Assembly (NCBI GenBank): GCA_002269645.1
Contig: NIVC01002618.1
Span: forward strand, 62,001 to 126,000
DNA length: 64,000 nt
Direction: 5' to 3'
Source of the DNA: Macrostomum lignano
Lineage: Eukaryota
Of this stretch, positions 24,711 to 37,800 are shown in pieces (position 1 is the first letter of the stretch; the number at the start of each line of letters is the position of its first letter). Both the position numbers and the translations under genes were made by a program. The notes beneath the pieces were generated by a model. That model saw only the letters and a program-made list of their open reading frames with translations, searched no databases and was not told the DNA's origin.

Positions 24711-26049
24711 ACTTTTCGTTGCAACTGATTTGCACTTTTATTCCCGTGCGTGGAATAATTGCCGATCTCTGTCAATTGAATAATTAATCATTATAAATGT
24801 TCAGTTTTTGTTCCTGGTGATTAAAAAAATTATATACGAAAACTGAAAAGCTGCAATTTCATTGGATTACTTACCGTGTTTGTTTGTTTAAATGATGCGT
24901 CAAATATAATATGAGTCTCAGTTTTTTTGTCTGACTTTAATCAAGATTGCTTTTTGCGTCTTTATTTATTTATTTTACTGTTTAACTCACTGCATGCTCG
25001 AGTGTCTTTGTGTGTTCCTGATTTATCTTTATTGCATGTTTTGACCGTTAACTAAGAAAAACGAAACTATTGGCGCGAATTTGAATTGCTTAAATTCAGC
25101 GAAATCTGTTTATAATATATTCTTTATTTTTGAATGTTAGTTTGCGCGTTTTGTTTTACTAACATGGAGATTTTTGGTGGCCGGACAATCCGCTTGCTCT
25201 CACAAACTATCACGAATCACGATGCTCTCTCAAATGTCTGGTTTCACAATCCGACTATTTAATAAGAAACTACTATTAGTAGTGCAAAATTATTTTTGAT
25301 ACACTTCGTATTTTTACTTCCTCTCTTGTTATTAAACTAAGAAGGCAGTTTCTTTGTGCAATTTTTGTTATTAATATCTGTAAATTATGACTGTCTGTCT
25401 GTCAAGCTTTATTTAGATATTGTTCTTGCCTAGAACTTGAAAACATAGCTGATTAGCTTGGAAAATAGTATAACAAAATAGATTTCAATGTCTAAAATCG
25501 CTAGCAGCGCTAATTTTATGTAATAATCATGCATTAATTATCACAATCCTGCTAGTTTTGGTTCACTTTTCATTCACTTGTTAATCCTGTTGCACGCGCT
25601 CCTTTTTCTTACGTTGATAAGAAAAAATATGTGGCTATGTATACTAAGCTTTGATATGGTTATAACTTTGTTATAATTTAACTTGTATACTACTGAACTA
25701 TTTGCATATAAATATATTATATCTATTATCATGCTTCTCATTTCAAGCATTGAAAACCTTTTAACTTTTGTTGATATTTGTTGTGCGGATTTGAGTTGTG
25801 TGATATTTATAAATGAAATCCTCTGGAGATCCTCTGGTTCAAATTACTTCAAGAGTCAAGATGAAGACTCAGGAAATTCTTTACCTGAGTGCGGCATCAC
25901 ACTATCTTAGCTCCACCCCGGCCTTTTTCCTAGACTTAGTGCTGGGGCCTCGCCGTGGATTTTGTAGTGGAGGGACAAGGCCAAGAATTCAACGTGTACA
26001 TGACTGAATTCCTACATGTTCATTAGTTTGAGAATCGGTGTTGTCAGCG

Positions 26050-26325
26050 CTCATTTTGGCTCCGCAGGAACTCTTTTTGGCGCCGCAGGCACTCTTTTTG
26101 GCGCCAAAGGCGCGATATTTTGGCACCGCAGGCACTCATTTTGGCGCCGCAGCCACTCTTTTTTGGCGCTAAAGGCGCTATATTTTGGCACCGCAGGCAC
26201 TCAATTTGGCGCCAAAGGCACTCTTTTTGGCGCCAAAGGCGCTATATTTTGGCACCACAGGCACTCATTTTGGCGCCGCAGGCACTCGTTTTGGCGCCGA
26301 AGGTGCTATATTTTGGCACCCGAAA
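26050..26325. repeat. 21-22-bp minisatellite TTTTGGC(G/A)CC(GC/AA)AGGC(A/G)CT
   Basis: About 13 units, intergenic. Confidence 0.88.
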
Positions 26326-28862
26326 GAAAAAATTTGCCACAACGGGTCACAATTGGTGGGGTGGGGGACACAAAGCGTTGGCATGTCCCCCAATAGCTTT
26401 TACTTAAGCGCTTGCTTAAGTGTCTGCATAAGGCTTTCGTGCTAATAATTAAGTACACGCGATGAAAAAAAATTAAAGCCGAAATGAGATGCATTGATAC
26501 ATTGACAGTAACAATATACTTTTTTGATTGTATATATTTTGAGTTCATAAATTGTGTATAGCTGTGGCCGATTCACCTACATGTACATGTTAAAACGAAT
26601 CTTACTGCGAAAACTTAATTTACGATTTATGTTCTTATTTTAATTAGATTTTAGTTTAAAGTAGACTTGGGTGAATAGGTTAATGATCCATTTGCAAATC
26701 CTATATACTACAAACGATCTGTTGGTAGGTAGGTAAGATCTATGTAATCGATTAGAGGAAAAATGGCTTACATAATTAAAAATGTTAGTTGACCACTTTG
26801 TTGATAACATCAAATTGCATATGGCTATATGATGGCTATATGGCTATATTGCTAAATGTATTTTCAATGTGCCAAAGAAACTTATTAAGCCTAATAATTT
26901 AACATAAAAAGCTATTCTAATGTACTTAATCTTATATTATTCACAGATTTATATTTATGTACATGGATAAAGACTAAACTTTAGTTTGTTTTGTTGTAAC
27001 TAAAACCTGATCTCGCTTAAATCACCGCACTTTTTTAAATTTCACTTTTTCGTCGAATTATTCAACGAATGAGCCAAAGTTACTACTACTACTTATTCTT
27101 AGGTAAAGTCAATTACGCTCGTAATTAATCCTAAAGTGTCATGGGCTCAGTAAATGGACCAGATAATTACGTACTATTACATTAACCTAAGGTCTGGGTT
27201 ATAGGTAATAAAAGTATGGTAGGTCTAATGTTAAAATATTGGTAATTAGAACTTTGATTTTCTATTCTAAATAAATAATGTATAGGGCCTAGCTAGGCCT
27301 TTTGATCTTTTGAAGGAGTTTTAGAAGTACACAAACATAAATGTTAACAAAATGACTACAGAGTGATATTTATAAAGCACCTACTATCACTGAAGTGACA
27401 ACTTACAAAATCTCTCATTTACCAAAAGGCAGTATATTTGTCAGAGAAGCAACTTGTCCTAAAACAACTTGCACTTGTCCAAGGATAGGCCTAGTCAATA
27501 TAGTCTAGTAAAGTTTTAAAATGAGCATCTGTACTCTGTACAGAATGGAATAAAAAGAGTGAGAAAGAGACTAGAGTAGGGCCTAAACCTAGGTTTATTT
27601 TTTATGCAAATATGCAATAGGAATGCGTCTTGACTTTTTAATTTTCATCCTTAAATTGAACCTTGGATGTAATTTTGCATCTTAGTACTAGTAACTAGCA
27701 AAAAACCCAATATAGCTCATATAGTATAGTCATATTCAATTATTTTTCTAGTTAGTTGCATATTCAAACTGGGTTTGTCTATTCTAATATTTGAATCTTC
27801 AATAATCTTAAAGCTTATGGTCAAATTTGCATGTCTTGGTATGTGGCGGTCTTGGTCATGCGCCGGAAACTGCGTGCGCACGTTTTTGGAGCCACAATAT
27901 TAAGTTATTAGAATGTAGCTTGTCTAATTAATAAATAATAAGAAAATAGAAGCTAAATTAGCAAAAATCTGCAATTAATGATTTGATTTTCTGTTAGTTT
28001 GTAAAGTATTGTAATAATGACCTGATTTAGTTTATTGTTAAAGGCGCATGACCAAGACCGCCACATACCAAGACCGCCACAGCTCTTACTGACTATTGGA
28101 ATTGAGGGGAAGCTACCAATCTTCCAGCATTGCTATTGGTTATGATGGGTTGTGGAGTTAGATGAGGAGGAAGTGTCCCAAGATTGGTCACTAATAAGAT
28201 GAATAAGTGGCCTAAAATGATTGCAAGTCAACCAGGGCAATTTTAACAATTCAAATTAAATGAAAAAAACAAGGAGCCTGGCTCACCACCTACCTGGCCA
28301 GGCTGGCCTGCTCACCAATTCCTCATTCGTGGCTTTGTCTTGCTGGCTCTCCCCATCTCACCCCTCCTCAGCACCATCCAATAACATGGCGAGCCAAATT
28401 CCTCCCTCCTAGCTCCCCCAAGTGTGGCGGTCTTGGTGTGTGGTGGTCTTGGTCCTATACCCAGTTTCCTACCCCCAAGCAAGAATTCCATCCTGGGAAA
28501 ACTGATTAATTATGCACTAAAATGTTGAAGAATATATGAATAAAACAATAAAAAAATAGTGAATAGAAAAAGACAAAACATGTTTTAAAAAGATTTTCTA
28601 TATCTTTTTGAATTTTTATATTCAAAAAGACACAAAAATATATTGTAAAGTTTGTATATACAAAATATACAAAAATGTATACTGCATTTTTTGTAGAAAA
28701 AAACTATGAGTATAAATAGGTAAACTTAGTAAATATCAATATATGTCTATAATATATTAATCATAAGTTTCATTAATAATTTTAGCTTTATATATAAATC
28801 ATTATATTTTTATAAAAATTTCTATTATTATTTAATCAATTTTTTAAAAATATGATTTGTAG

Positions 28863-31800
28863 TATCAAGTTCTAGCAGTTGTACTGCTGCTGTGCCATCT
28901 GTTGAGGCCAGTGATATCAGATGGCAATCCAAATAATGGCCAAGAAGACAGACAAGTGGGCCTGGCACTTATACAGGCTATTGCCACTAGTGAGCCTGCT
29001 TATACCCCCACTGACCATGTGGCTTGTCAGTCTGGGAATCCTCGCTGTCAGCTTGACCAAAGAGCTTTTGAGGTAAAGTTTGGGAATAAAAACAATTTTT
29101 GTTGAACAATGCTGATTTGTAGCTTAAGGCTTAAAATTCTAGGAAGAGCCCAGTAATAAATAGTTAGATCATTAGGAAGGGATTAGGGTAGTTCAATGTT
29201 ATTTGAATAGGCTTGGGGTAGTTCAAGGTAATTATAATAGTATCAAAGTAGTTCAAGGTCATTAGGATAGGATTAGGATCGTTCAATGTCATTAAGATAG
29301 GATTAGGGTAGTTCAAGGTCATTAGGATAGGATTAGGATCGTTCAATGTCATTGAGATAGGATTAGGGTAGTTCAAGGTCATTAAGATAGGATTAGGGTA
29401 GTTCAAGGTCATTAGGATAGGATTAGGATCGTTCAATGTCATTGAGATAGGATTAGGGTAGTTCAAGGTCATTAGGATAGGATTAGGGTAGTTCAAGGTC
29501 ATTAGGATAGGATTAGGATCGTTCAATGTCATTAGGATAGGATTAGGATCGTTCAATGTCATTAAGATAGGATTAGGGTAGTTCAAGGTCATTAGGATAG
29601 GATTAGGATCGTTCAATGTCATTGAGATAGGATTAGGGTAGTTTAGTGTCATTAGGATATGATTAGGGTAGTTCAAGGTCATTAGGATAGGATTAGGGTA
29701 GTTCAAGGTCATTAGGATAGGATTAGGGTAGTTCAAAGTCATTAGGATAGGATTAGGGTAGTTCAAGGTCATTAGGATAGGATTAGGGTAGTTCAAGGTC
29801 ATTAGGATAGGATTAGGGTAGTTCAAAGTCATTAGGATAGGATTAGGGTAGTTCAAGGTCATTAGGATAGGATTAGGGTAGTTCAAGGTCATTAGGATAG
29901 GATTAGGATAGTTCAAGGTCATTAGGATAGGATTAGGATAGTCTCAGGGTAGTTCAAGGTCATTAGAATAGGATTAGGATAGTTCAAGGTCATATGGATG
30001 AGTATGATATTGCAAGGTCACTGATGCGTGTGTGGCAGTGGTTCGCAGTGAAAATAGGTCACTAACTGGTGAAATTGATTCCACCAATATCAGGCCATAA
30101 CGCGGCTTCATTCGCTTCTTGACGACGACAAAAATGGCGCCGTAGACGCCGCGGAAGCTGAGGGGTTCGCTCGCGAGGAGCTGGCTTACGCTACGGACTT
30201 TGAGCGGGCCAGCGCCATCAATCGCGAGGATCCCGGCGTGTCAACGCGCGAACTCTGGAGCCTGTGGCGCGCCTCAGACACCTACAACTGGACTGCCGAT
30301 GAGGTTCACTTGTTTCTATATTTATATTATATCGATTTTTACAATCGCCATATTCGATATCAACATCCTATTATCGATTTTCAAGATCCCAATTATCGAT
30401 TTTCAAGATTCCAATTATCGATTTTCAAGATCCTAATTATCGATTTTCAAGATCCCAATTATCGATTTTCAAGATCCTAATTATCGATTTTCAAGATCCC
30501 TTTAATGATCGATTTTCAGGATCTCTTTAATTATCGATTTTCAAGATCCCAATTTTTGATTTTCACGATCCCAATTATCTATTTTCAAGATCCCAATTAT
30601 CTATTTTCAAGATCCCAATTATCTATTTTCAAGGTCCCAATTATCTATTTTCAAGATCCCAATTATCTATTTTCAAGATCCCAATTATCTATTTTCAAGG
30701 TCCCAATTATCTATTTTCAAAATCTCAATTATCGATTTTCAAGATCCCAATTATCTATTTTCAAGATCCCAATTATCGATTTTCAAGATCCTAATTATCG
30801 ATTTTCAAGATCCCAATTATCGATTTTCAAGATCCTAATTATCGATTTTCAAGATCCCTTTAATGATCGATTTTCAGGATCCCTTTAATTATCGATTTTC
30901 AAGATCCCAATTTTCGATTTTCAAGATCCCAATTATCTATTTTCAAGATCCCAATTATCGATTTTCAGGATCCCAATTATCTATTTTCAAGATCCCAATT
31001 ATCGATTTTCAAGATCCCAATTTTTGATTTTCACGATCCCAATTATCTATTTTCAAGATCCCAATTATCTATTTTCAAGATCCCAATTATCGATTTTCAA
31101 GATCCCAATTATCGATTTTCAAGATCCTAATTATCGATTTTCAAGATCCCTTTAATGATGGATTTTCAAGATCCAAATTATCTATTTTCAAGATCCTAAT
31201 TATCGATTTTCAAGATCCTAATTATCGATTTTCAAGATCCCTTTAATGATGGATTTTCAAGATCCAAATTATCTATTTTCAAGATCCCCATTATCTCTTT
31301 TCAAGATCCCAATTATCGATTTTCAAGATCCCAATTATCGATTTTCAAGATCCCAATTATCGATTTTCAAGATCCCAATTATCGATTTTCAAGATCCTAA
31401 TTATCGATTTTCAAGATCCCTTTAATTATCGATTTTCAAGATCCCTTTAATTATCGATTTTCAAGATCCCTTTAATTATCGATTTTCAAGATCCCTTTAA
31501 TTATTGATTTTAAGATCCTAATATTCGACATCGCTATCCTGTCTTAACTCTCAGAGCCAATATTAGAACATTTTGGATAAGTTTTAATTATACTAATCAC
31601 AAGCCGCTCAATAATATTTCAGGTGAGTGCCTGGACGGAGCAGCAGGTCGGCCTCCCAGAACTGGCTGTTACAATGCGTCACCTGGGCATTGACGGTCCT
31701 CACCTACCGTTGCTGACGGAACCGGGATCGCATCACCATCAGGCTCAGAGTCTGGCTCTGTCAGCCCTTCTGCGAGCTCTGACACCTGCGCAGCGGCGTA

Positions 31801-34800
31801 GGCTGGCGATCAAAGCCATGGACCTCGTTCTGTTCGGCCCGCCCAAGAGTGAGTGCGATTTTGGAGACTGTCGTTTTCGTTCGAGTTGTTCTTCTGCAAA
31901 TATTGGTGCTGGGTTTTGAGGGGTCACTGGTGGTTGTAGGAGGTTAGGGTTGTGATTTTAGGGGGGGGTCGGGTAGTGATTGTAGGTGGGGTCAGGATGG
32001 TGATTGTAGGAGGTCAGGGTGGTGATTGTAGGGGGGTCAGGATGGTGATTGTAGGGGGTCAGGATAGTGATTGTAGGGAGGTCAGGATAGTGATTGTAGG
32101 GAGGTCAGGATAGTGATTGTAGGGAGGTCAGGATGGTGATTGTAGGGGGTCAGGATGGTGATTGTAGGAGGTCAGGGTGGTGATGTTAGGGGGGGTCGGG
32201 TTGTGATTGTAGGTGGGGTCAGGATGGTGATTGTAGGAGGTCAGGGTGGTGATTGTAGGTGGGTCAGGATGGTGATTGTAGGGGGTCAGGATAGTGATTG
32301 TAGGGAGGTCAGGATAGTGATTGTAAGGAGGTCAGGATAGTGATTGTAGGGAGGTCAGGATGGTGATTGTAGGGGGTCAGGATGGTGATTGTAGGAGGTC
32401 AGGGTGGTGATGTTAGGGGGGGGGGTCGGGTAGTGATTGTAGGTGGGGTCAGGATGGTGATTGTAGGGGGGTCAGGATGGTGATTGTAGGGGGGTCAGGA
32501 TGGTGATTGTAGGGGGGTCTTGACTTAGCTGCAGGGCTGTCCCGGAGGGGACACAGCGGGAAGGCGCGGGCGCCCATTCCGCTAGTCCCTGAACGGCCGA
32601 CGCGTCGCTATGGACGGAGGGTTGGCGCCGCCCAGGGAGGTCCCCCAGTGTCGCCAGCAGCTATGGTGCTCTCTGGAAAGGAGAGTTCAGCCCTGCGGGT
32701 GGCCCGAAGGTAGCGCATGAGCTGATTAAAGTTTTCGGGTTTGCACGCTTCAGTAATAGATGTGTGTGGCCCGAGGTAAGTGAGTCTGGCCCGCGTGAAG
32801 GCGGGACAGATGCTGACGAAATGCTCAGCGGTTTCGTCACCTGAGTTGCAGAAACTACAGGTGGCGTTGGTGGCGTTGCCCTGCAGGTACTGGTGCCTGG
32901 AGAAGCAGCCGTGACCAGAGAGGGTCATGGTGGCAGCCCGGATGTCTCTGCGCGAGAGGCGCAAGAGGAGCTTCCGGAGCTGGTGAGAGGGCTGAGGGAC
33001 AGCGCCTCTGGATTGCCTGCAGTTCGTGCGGTTCGCCCAAGTCGAGCGGTGCTGAGTCCTGATCCACGCTTTGATGCGCGAGTCGATGACACAGCCAGGA
33101 ATCGGGACAAGAGGTTCGGGGCCGAGAGAGGAGCCGGAGGCACCAACTTTTGCAAGGGTGTCAGCCAACTCATTTCCTCGGATCCCCACATGCCCCGGAA
33201 CCCACTTAAGGGTAATTTTGTTGGCGGAACCCAACACATTGAGGAGTTTGATACAGTCAAGGACTGTAGCAGAGTTGGTGCTGCAGCCACTGATGGCGTG
33301 CAAGGCAGCTTGGCTGTCCGAATGGAAAATGATGTTCTTACCAGTAACGCCAGTGGCGAGAAGCTCTGCAGTGCAGGAGCTGATGGCCAGAACTTCATTT
33401 TGGAAAACACTGGAGTTGACCCCAGTGTATTGAGCGTGGGTAGCGATGACCCTCCCGTTCAGAAAGATTCCAACACCAAAGCCGGTGTTGGCTGACTGCT
33501 TAGAACCGTCGGTGTAGCAATGAAGCTCACCAGGGTTCCAATGGTCATTGATGTTATCGCGCGAGTCGATAGCTACGGAGTAGCGCTGTCTCAGGTTGAG
33601 CGTTGAGGCAATGCCATCGGTGAAGACGCGATTGGCCTGACACTCGTTGAGAAAGTTGAGGCACAGATCGCTATGCGGGACAAGGTTCCGCTTAGCAGGT
33701 GCTCTCATGTAAATGAATTTGACGCCGGCATCAATTAGACGCCGCGTCGTTCTAGCCGCCTCACCCCTGATGAAGAGGTCAAGAGGCGGAAGATTAAGAA
33801 AGGCCCCCATGCCAGCAAAGGGCGTGGACCTGGTGGCGTTGCAGATGAGCCTACACGCTCTGCCTTGGATCGTGTTGAGCAGGTCTGCATGGCTTTTGAC
33901 CTGGGTAGCGCTAACCCAGACAACAGAGGCGTACGTAATGGCAGGTCTAACTACGGAAGTATAGATCCACCAAAGCCGCTTTGGGGATAGACCCCAAGAA
34001 GTGCCAAGTGCTCGTCGGAGCTGGGCCAGGATGGCTGAGGCACGCTTAGCTTTTGCTTTCACGTGGAAGGACCAGTTGAGCCGGTGGTCAAGTGTGACCC
34101 CGAGACATCTGGTCTGGTGCGCGAAGGCAATATCTCTGCCGTAGAGCTGCAGAGGACGTATGTTCCAGCGTAGTCTGCTGGTAAACATAATGGCAACGGT
34201 TTTGGGCTCAGAGAGTTCCAAACCATTGTCATTGGCCCAGGATTCTGCTTTGCGGATAAAGCTCTGCATCAGATCCCTGAGCGTGCTGGGAGACGGTCCT
34301 GCCACAATGGCCGTGACGTCATCAGCATACCCGACTTTGAAGACGGGGTCAGGTCGGGAGTCACTCAGAAGAGCGTCCATGACCAGGTTCCAGAGCGTCG
34401 GGGTGAGGACTCCGCCTTGGGGTCCACCCTTACAGACTCTGGTGGAGGCAGTTTGCCCAAGAAGTTGGGCAGTGACCGTACGGTTGGAGATCATGTACAT
34501 GATCCACCGTATGAGGGTAGCATGAGCTTTGCGATTTTGAAGGGCCCTCTGAAACGCTTCAAAGATAACGTTGTCGAAGGCGCCAACAATGTCAAGAAAG
34601 AGAGCCAGGGCGTAACCGTCACCCAGTACCGCCCGTTCAATCTTTTCGACAATCGCATGCAGGGCGCTGTCAGTCGACCTCCCGGTACGGAAGGCGTGCT
34701 GATTATTGCTGAGGGGCATCGCTGTCAGCTCGCAGGAGAGCAGCCGCCAGAGAATAAGCCTCTCAGTGAGCTTAAGCATTGCTGACGTTAAGCTAATTGG

Positions 34801-37800
34801 CCGGAAGGCCTTGACGCTTTGGTAGTCACCCTTCCCAGGTTTGGGAATAAAGACTACTCGAGCTTCAGTCCAGCTTTTGGGAACGTATCCCAGCTGGATA
34901 GAGGCCCGCATAAGATTGCGGGTGAGTCTCAGGAACGAGGGTATCTTGGCTGCTTCACGAAGGAGAACAGGGTAGATACCATCAGGTCCAGGAGATTTGA
35001 AGGGTTTGAAGGTTCTGACCGCACGAGCGATTAGGTCTTCAGTGACAATGCCCGCCGCTAGGGTGGCTCCATCCATCGAATGGTTGGGCTCCGGTCTAGC
35101 AGTAGGTACCCTCGGGAAGAATGTGCTAAGCATATGCTGAAGCACTTCTTCAGGGTCTTTAGTAAGAGAGCCATCATCTTTTTTCATCATGGCTAATTTG
35201 GACATTTTGTCCATTGTAAGGGCCTTGACAAGCCTAGAAGTAGGTCTGTCTTGATCCAATTCATTGCAGAATTGGCGCCACTTACATTCCTTGGCCTTGC
35301 GCACTTCAGATTTGAAATTGCGGGAGGCTTGCCGGAAAAGCTCCATGTCCTCCGGGTTTCCGGTCTTCATGGCACGGCGATGAAGGCTTTTGGCCTTCCG
35401 CCTGAGTTTCCCCAGCTCCGGGTTCCACCACGGCGCCGAGGTCTTGCCTCTGTAGGCGCGAGCAGGACAAGCCGCTTCGTAGGCTGCAATAATGCAACCT
35501 GTCAGCGTCTCAGCCATATGATCCACATCCTCGCAGGTCTCAATCGGACGTAAGTCCGTGAGTTCCTGCAGGTGCAGATCAAGGGCAGCCTTGTAGGCCG
35601 CCCAATCAGTGTTGCGGATATTGCGTCTCCAAGTGATCGGAGACTGGGTTTTAGTGTCCGCGATATTAAAGGCATAAAGCAGTGGTCAGACAGGGAGGGC
35701 TCCTCAGACCAGACTCTCCACTCCTTGACTCTGTCAAAGAGTCTTGGGGTAACGAGTGTGGCGTCGAGGACCTCGGTCCATCTGCCATTATTAAAGGTAG
35801 GAGTGCTGCCGCGGTTGCAGAGCATGAGGTTTGTGTTAGAGATGAGGGCCAGAAGCTCCTCTCCTCTAGTGTTGGTATCTTTGCTGCCCCAGTGCTTGTG
35901 GTGCGCGTTGAGGTCGCCCCCTAAGCACAGCTCAGCGTTCTGGGACTCGCAGTACTGCGCAAGGCGCAGTAAACTCTCGGGAGCAGGGTCTCTGTCGCCT
36001 GGGATATAAACCGAGGCAACAAGACACGTACGCGGAGAGAAATGATTAGATTGGATGACGCAAAGGTCTCCATCAGAGAGATCAGTCCTCAGCCAAGCCT
36101 GGAGATGGCTAGCAGCGAGGATAGCCGCTCTAGGGCGGCTGTTCCCCGGGCCACACACATAAAAATCAGAGTAGCCAGAGGGAATGTTGGGCAACTTACC
36201 GTTGCGCATCCAGGGTTCCTGGATCAGGATGAGGCCTGGCCTGTACAGCTCAGCAATCTTCATCAGATTTACTGACGCAGATACGCAATGCTGTAAATTT
36301 ATTTGCAGACAGAATGTCGCTCCTTTGGCAGCGTGGAGCTTAGTCATACTGTATTAAATGCAATATCTGGCTAGAGCCCAGGGCATCAAGGAGACTTGGA
36401 CAACAGATCGTCCTCGTCCCAGGCCGCTGGGGCTTGACTGGGAGATGGGAGTTGGTCGACGTCCATGGCCTCCTCACCCCCACCGGCCCCCCCAGCAGAG
36501 TCCTCAGGCTCCGATGACAGGATGGAGGAAGCTTCCTCACCTGCATCTTTACCTTCAGACCCCACCAAGGTGGCCGAGGAGAGCTCGGATTCCGAAGACC
36601 CGGCCTCGTCCTCAACTCCTTCTCCGACTGGCAGGTTTGGTTCCCGGGGCTCGGCCGGAGCCGTTACCGCGGTCGCCGAACTGCTGCTAGCAGAGGGGCG
36701 AGATGCAGCTTTGGCTTTGGGATCGGCTTGCGCCTTTCCTTGGGCCTTAGACTGCGCCCCGCTCTTGCCGGAGATGCCGGGGTTGGCAGTAGCCTTCCCT
36801 TTGGCAGACTTTCCTCGGCGCAACTTGAGCTTGAGGGCACCCAGCTGGAAAGAGGATCCATTAGGGTACCGACTCGCCCAAGTGCTGGAAAGGCCGAGGA
36901 CAATTGAGTTGCCCGTCTCCCCCCTGCGGACTTTACGGTGATACACCAGTCCACTAGCAGGGAGGTCGGGGTTCAGACGCAGTAGGACCCGGCGAATAAC
37001 GTCTGGTCCAGCTGCGGTGCTCTTAGCAGGGACGAAAACCACATAGGGTATCGTCTTTGGACGCTGGCCCTCGCGAAGAAAAAGAGCTCCGCCAAGGTCA
37101 GCATCCAAGGAGACCGTCGGTAGCCGCTGGAGCAGCCGCCGAGCGTCCTCCTCGCTGCTAGGAGCAATAAGAACGAATGTGCTTCGCAGCACCATCCGCT
37201 CAACGCCGATGGAGATTCCCTCCTCGACAGTCAGCTCAATCAGATAGGAGTCAACAGCACTCCACACTTTTTGAAGCTGATCAGTGGTCCAGTCCTGGTC
37301 GCGACCTTGGATGATCACTCCCGGGATTTTGGCCTTGGCCTTCGCCGCAAAGGTAGCTCCCGAAGGAACCTCCTTGTTGGCAGTGGCCATTTGTTGCGCC
37401 GTGGTTTCGGCCTCAGCAGCCGCGGCAGCAGCTCCAGGGAGCGCCGCCGCTGAACTACTGGAGCTTCCACCGGCCGGCCCGCCTGGTTGCCTTGGGACTC
37501 CAGTCGCTTCAGCATCCATGGTGGACGCCGCCGCTTTGGCCCCCGCAGCTCCCTTCTTGGCCTGCCTTTTGGCGCGTTGTTTAGCGCGTTTGCGCTCAAG
37601 CCGAGCCCGCTGAGCTTCATCGGATCTGCCAGATTTGGCCGGTCCTTTAGGCTCAGAGCTCGCGGTTCCCTTAGATCCACCAGCGGAGCTGGCAGGTCTT
37701 AGGGTATTTTGAGTTTGGTAGCTCTGGTCGGATCTGCCAGCAGAGCCAGCCGGTCCTTCCTTTGCCACAGTTGAATCAGTCGGTTGGGATCTGCCAGCAG

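Noticed and set aside
28921-29076. Alternative-frame hydrophobic ORF (MAIQIMAKK...) over the first mapped STIM exon
   Set aside because: The other frame has the conserved STIM Cys pair and splices in phase; no support for the overlap.
29165-29990. Interstitial telomere (TTAGGG words)
   Set aside because: Isolated words inside 30-bp units, not tandem (TTAGGG)n.
32520-32610. Second HDV-like ribozyme in the 3' UTR (UUCCCGC and GCUAAG words)
   Set aside because: No consistent P3, P1.1 or P2 could be built.
32893-37702. Plus-strand ORFs over the retrotransposon
   Set aside because: Antisense shadows with no recognisable motifs.
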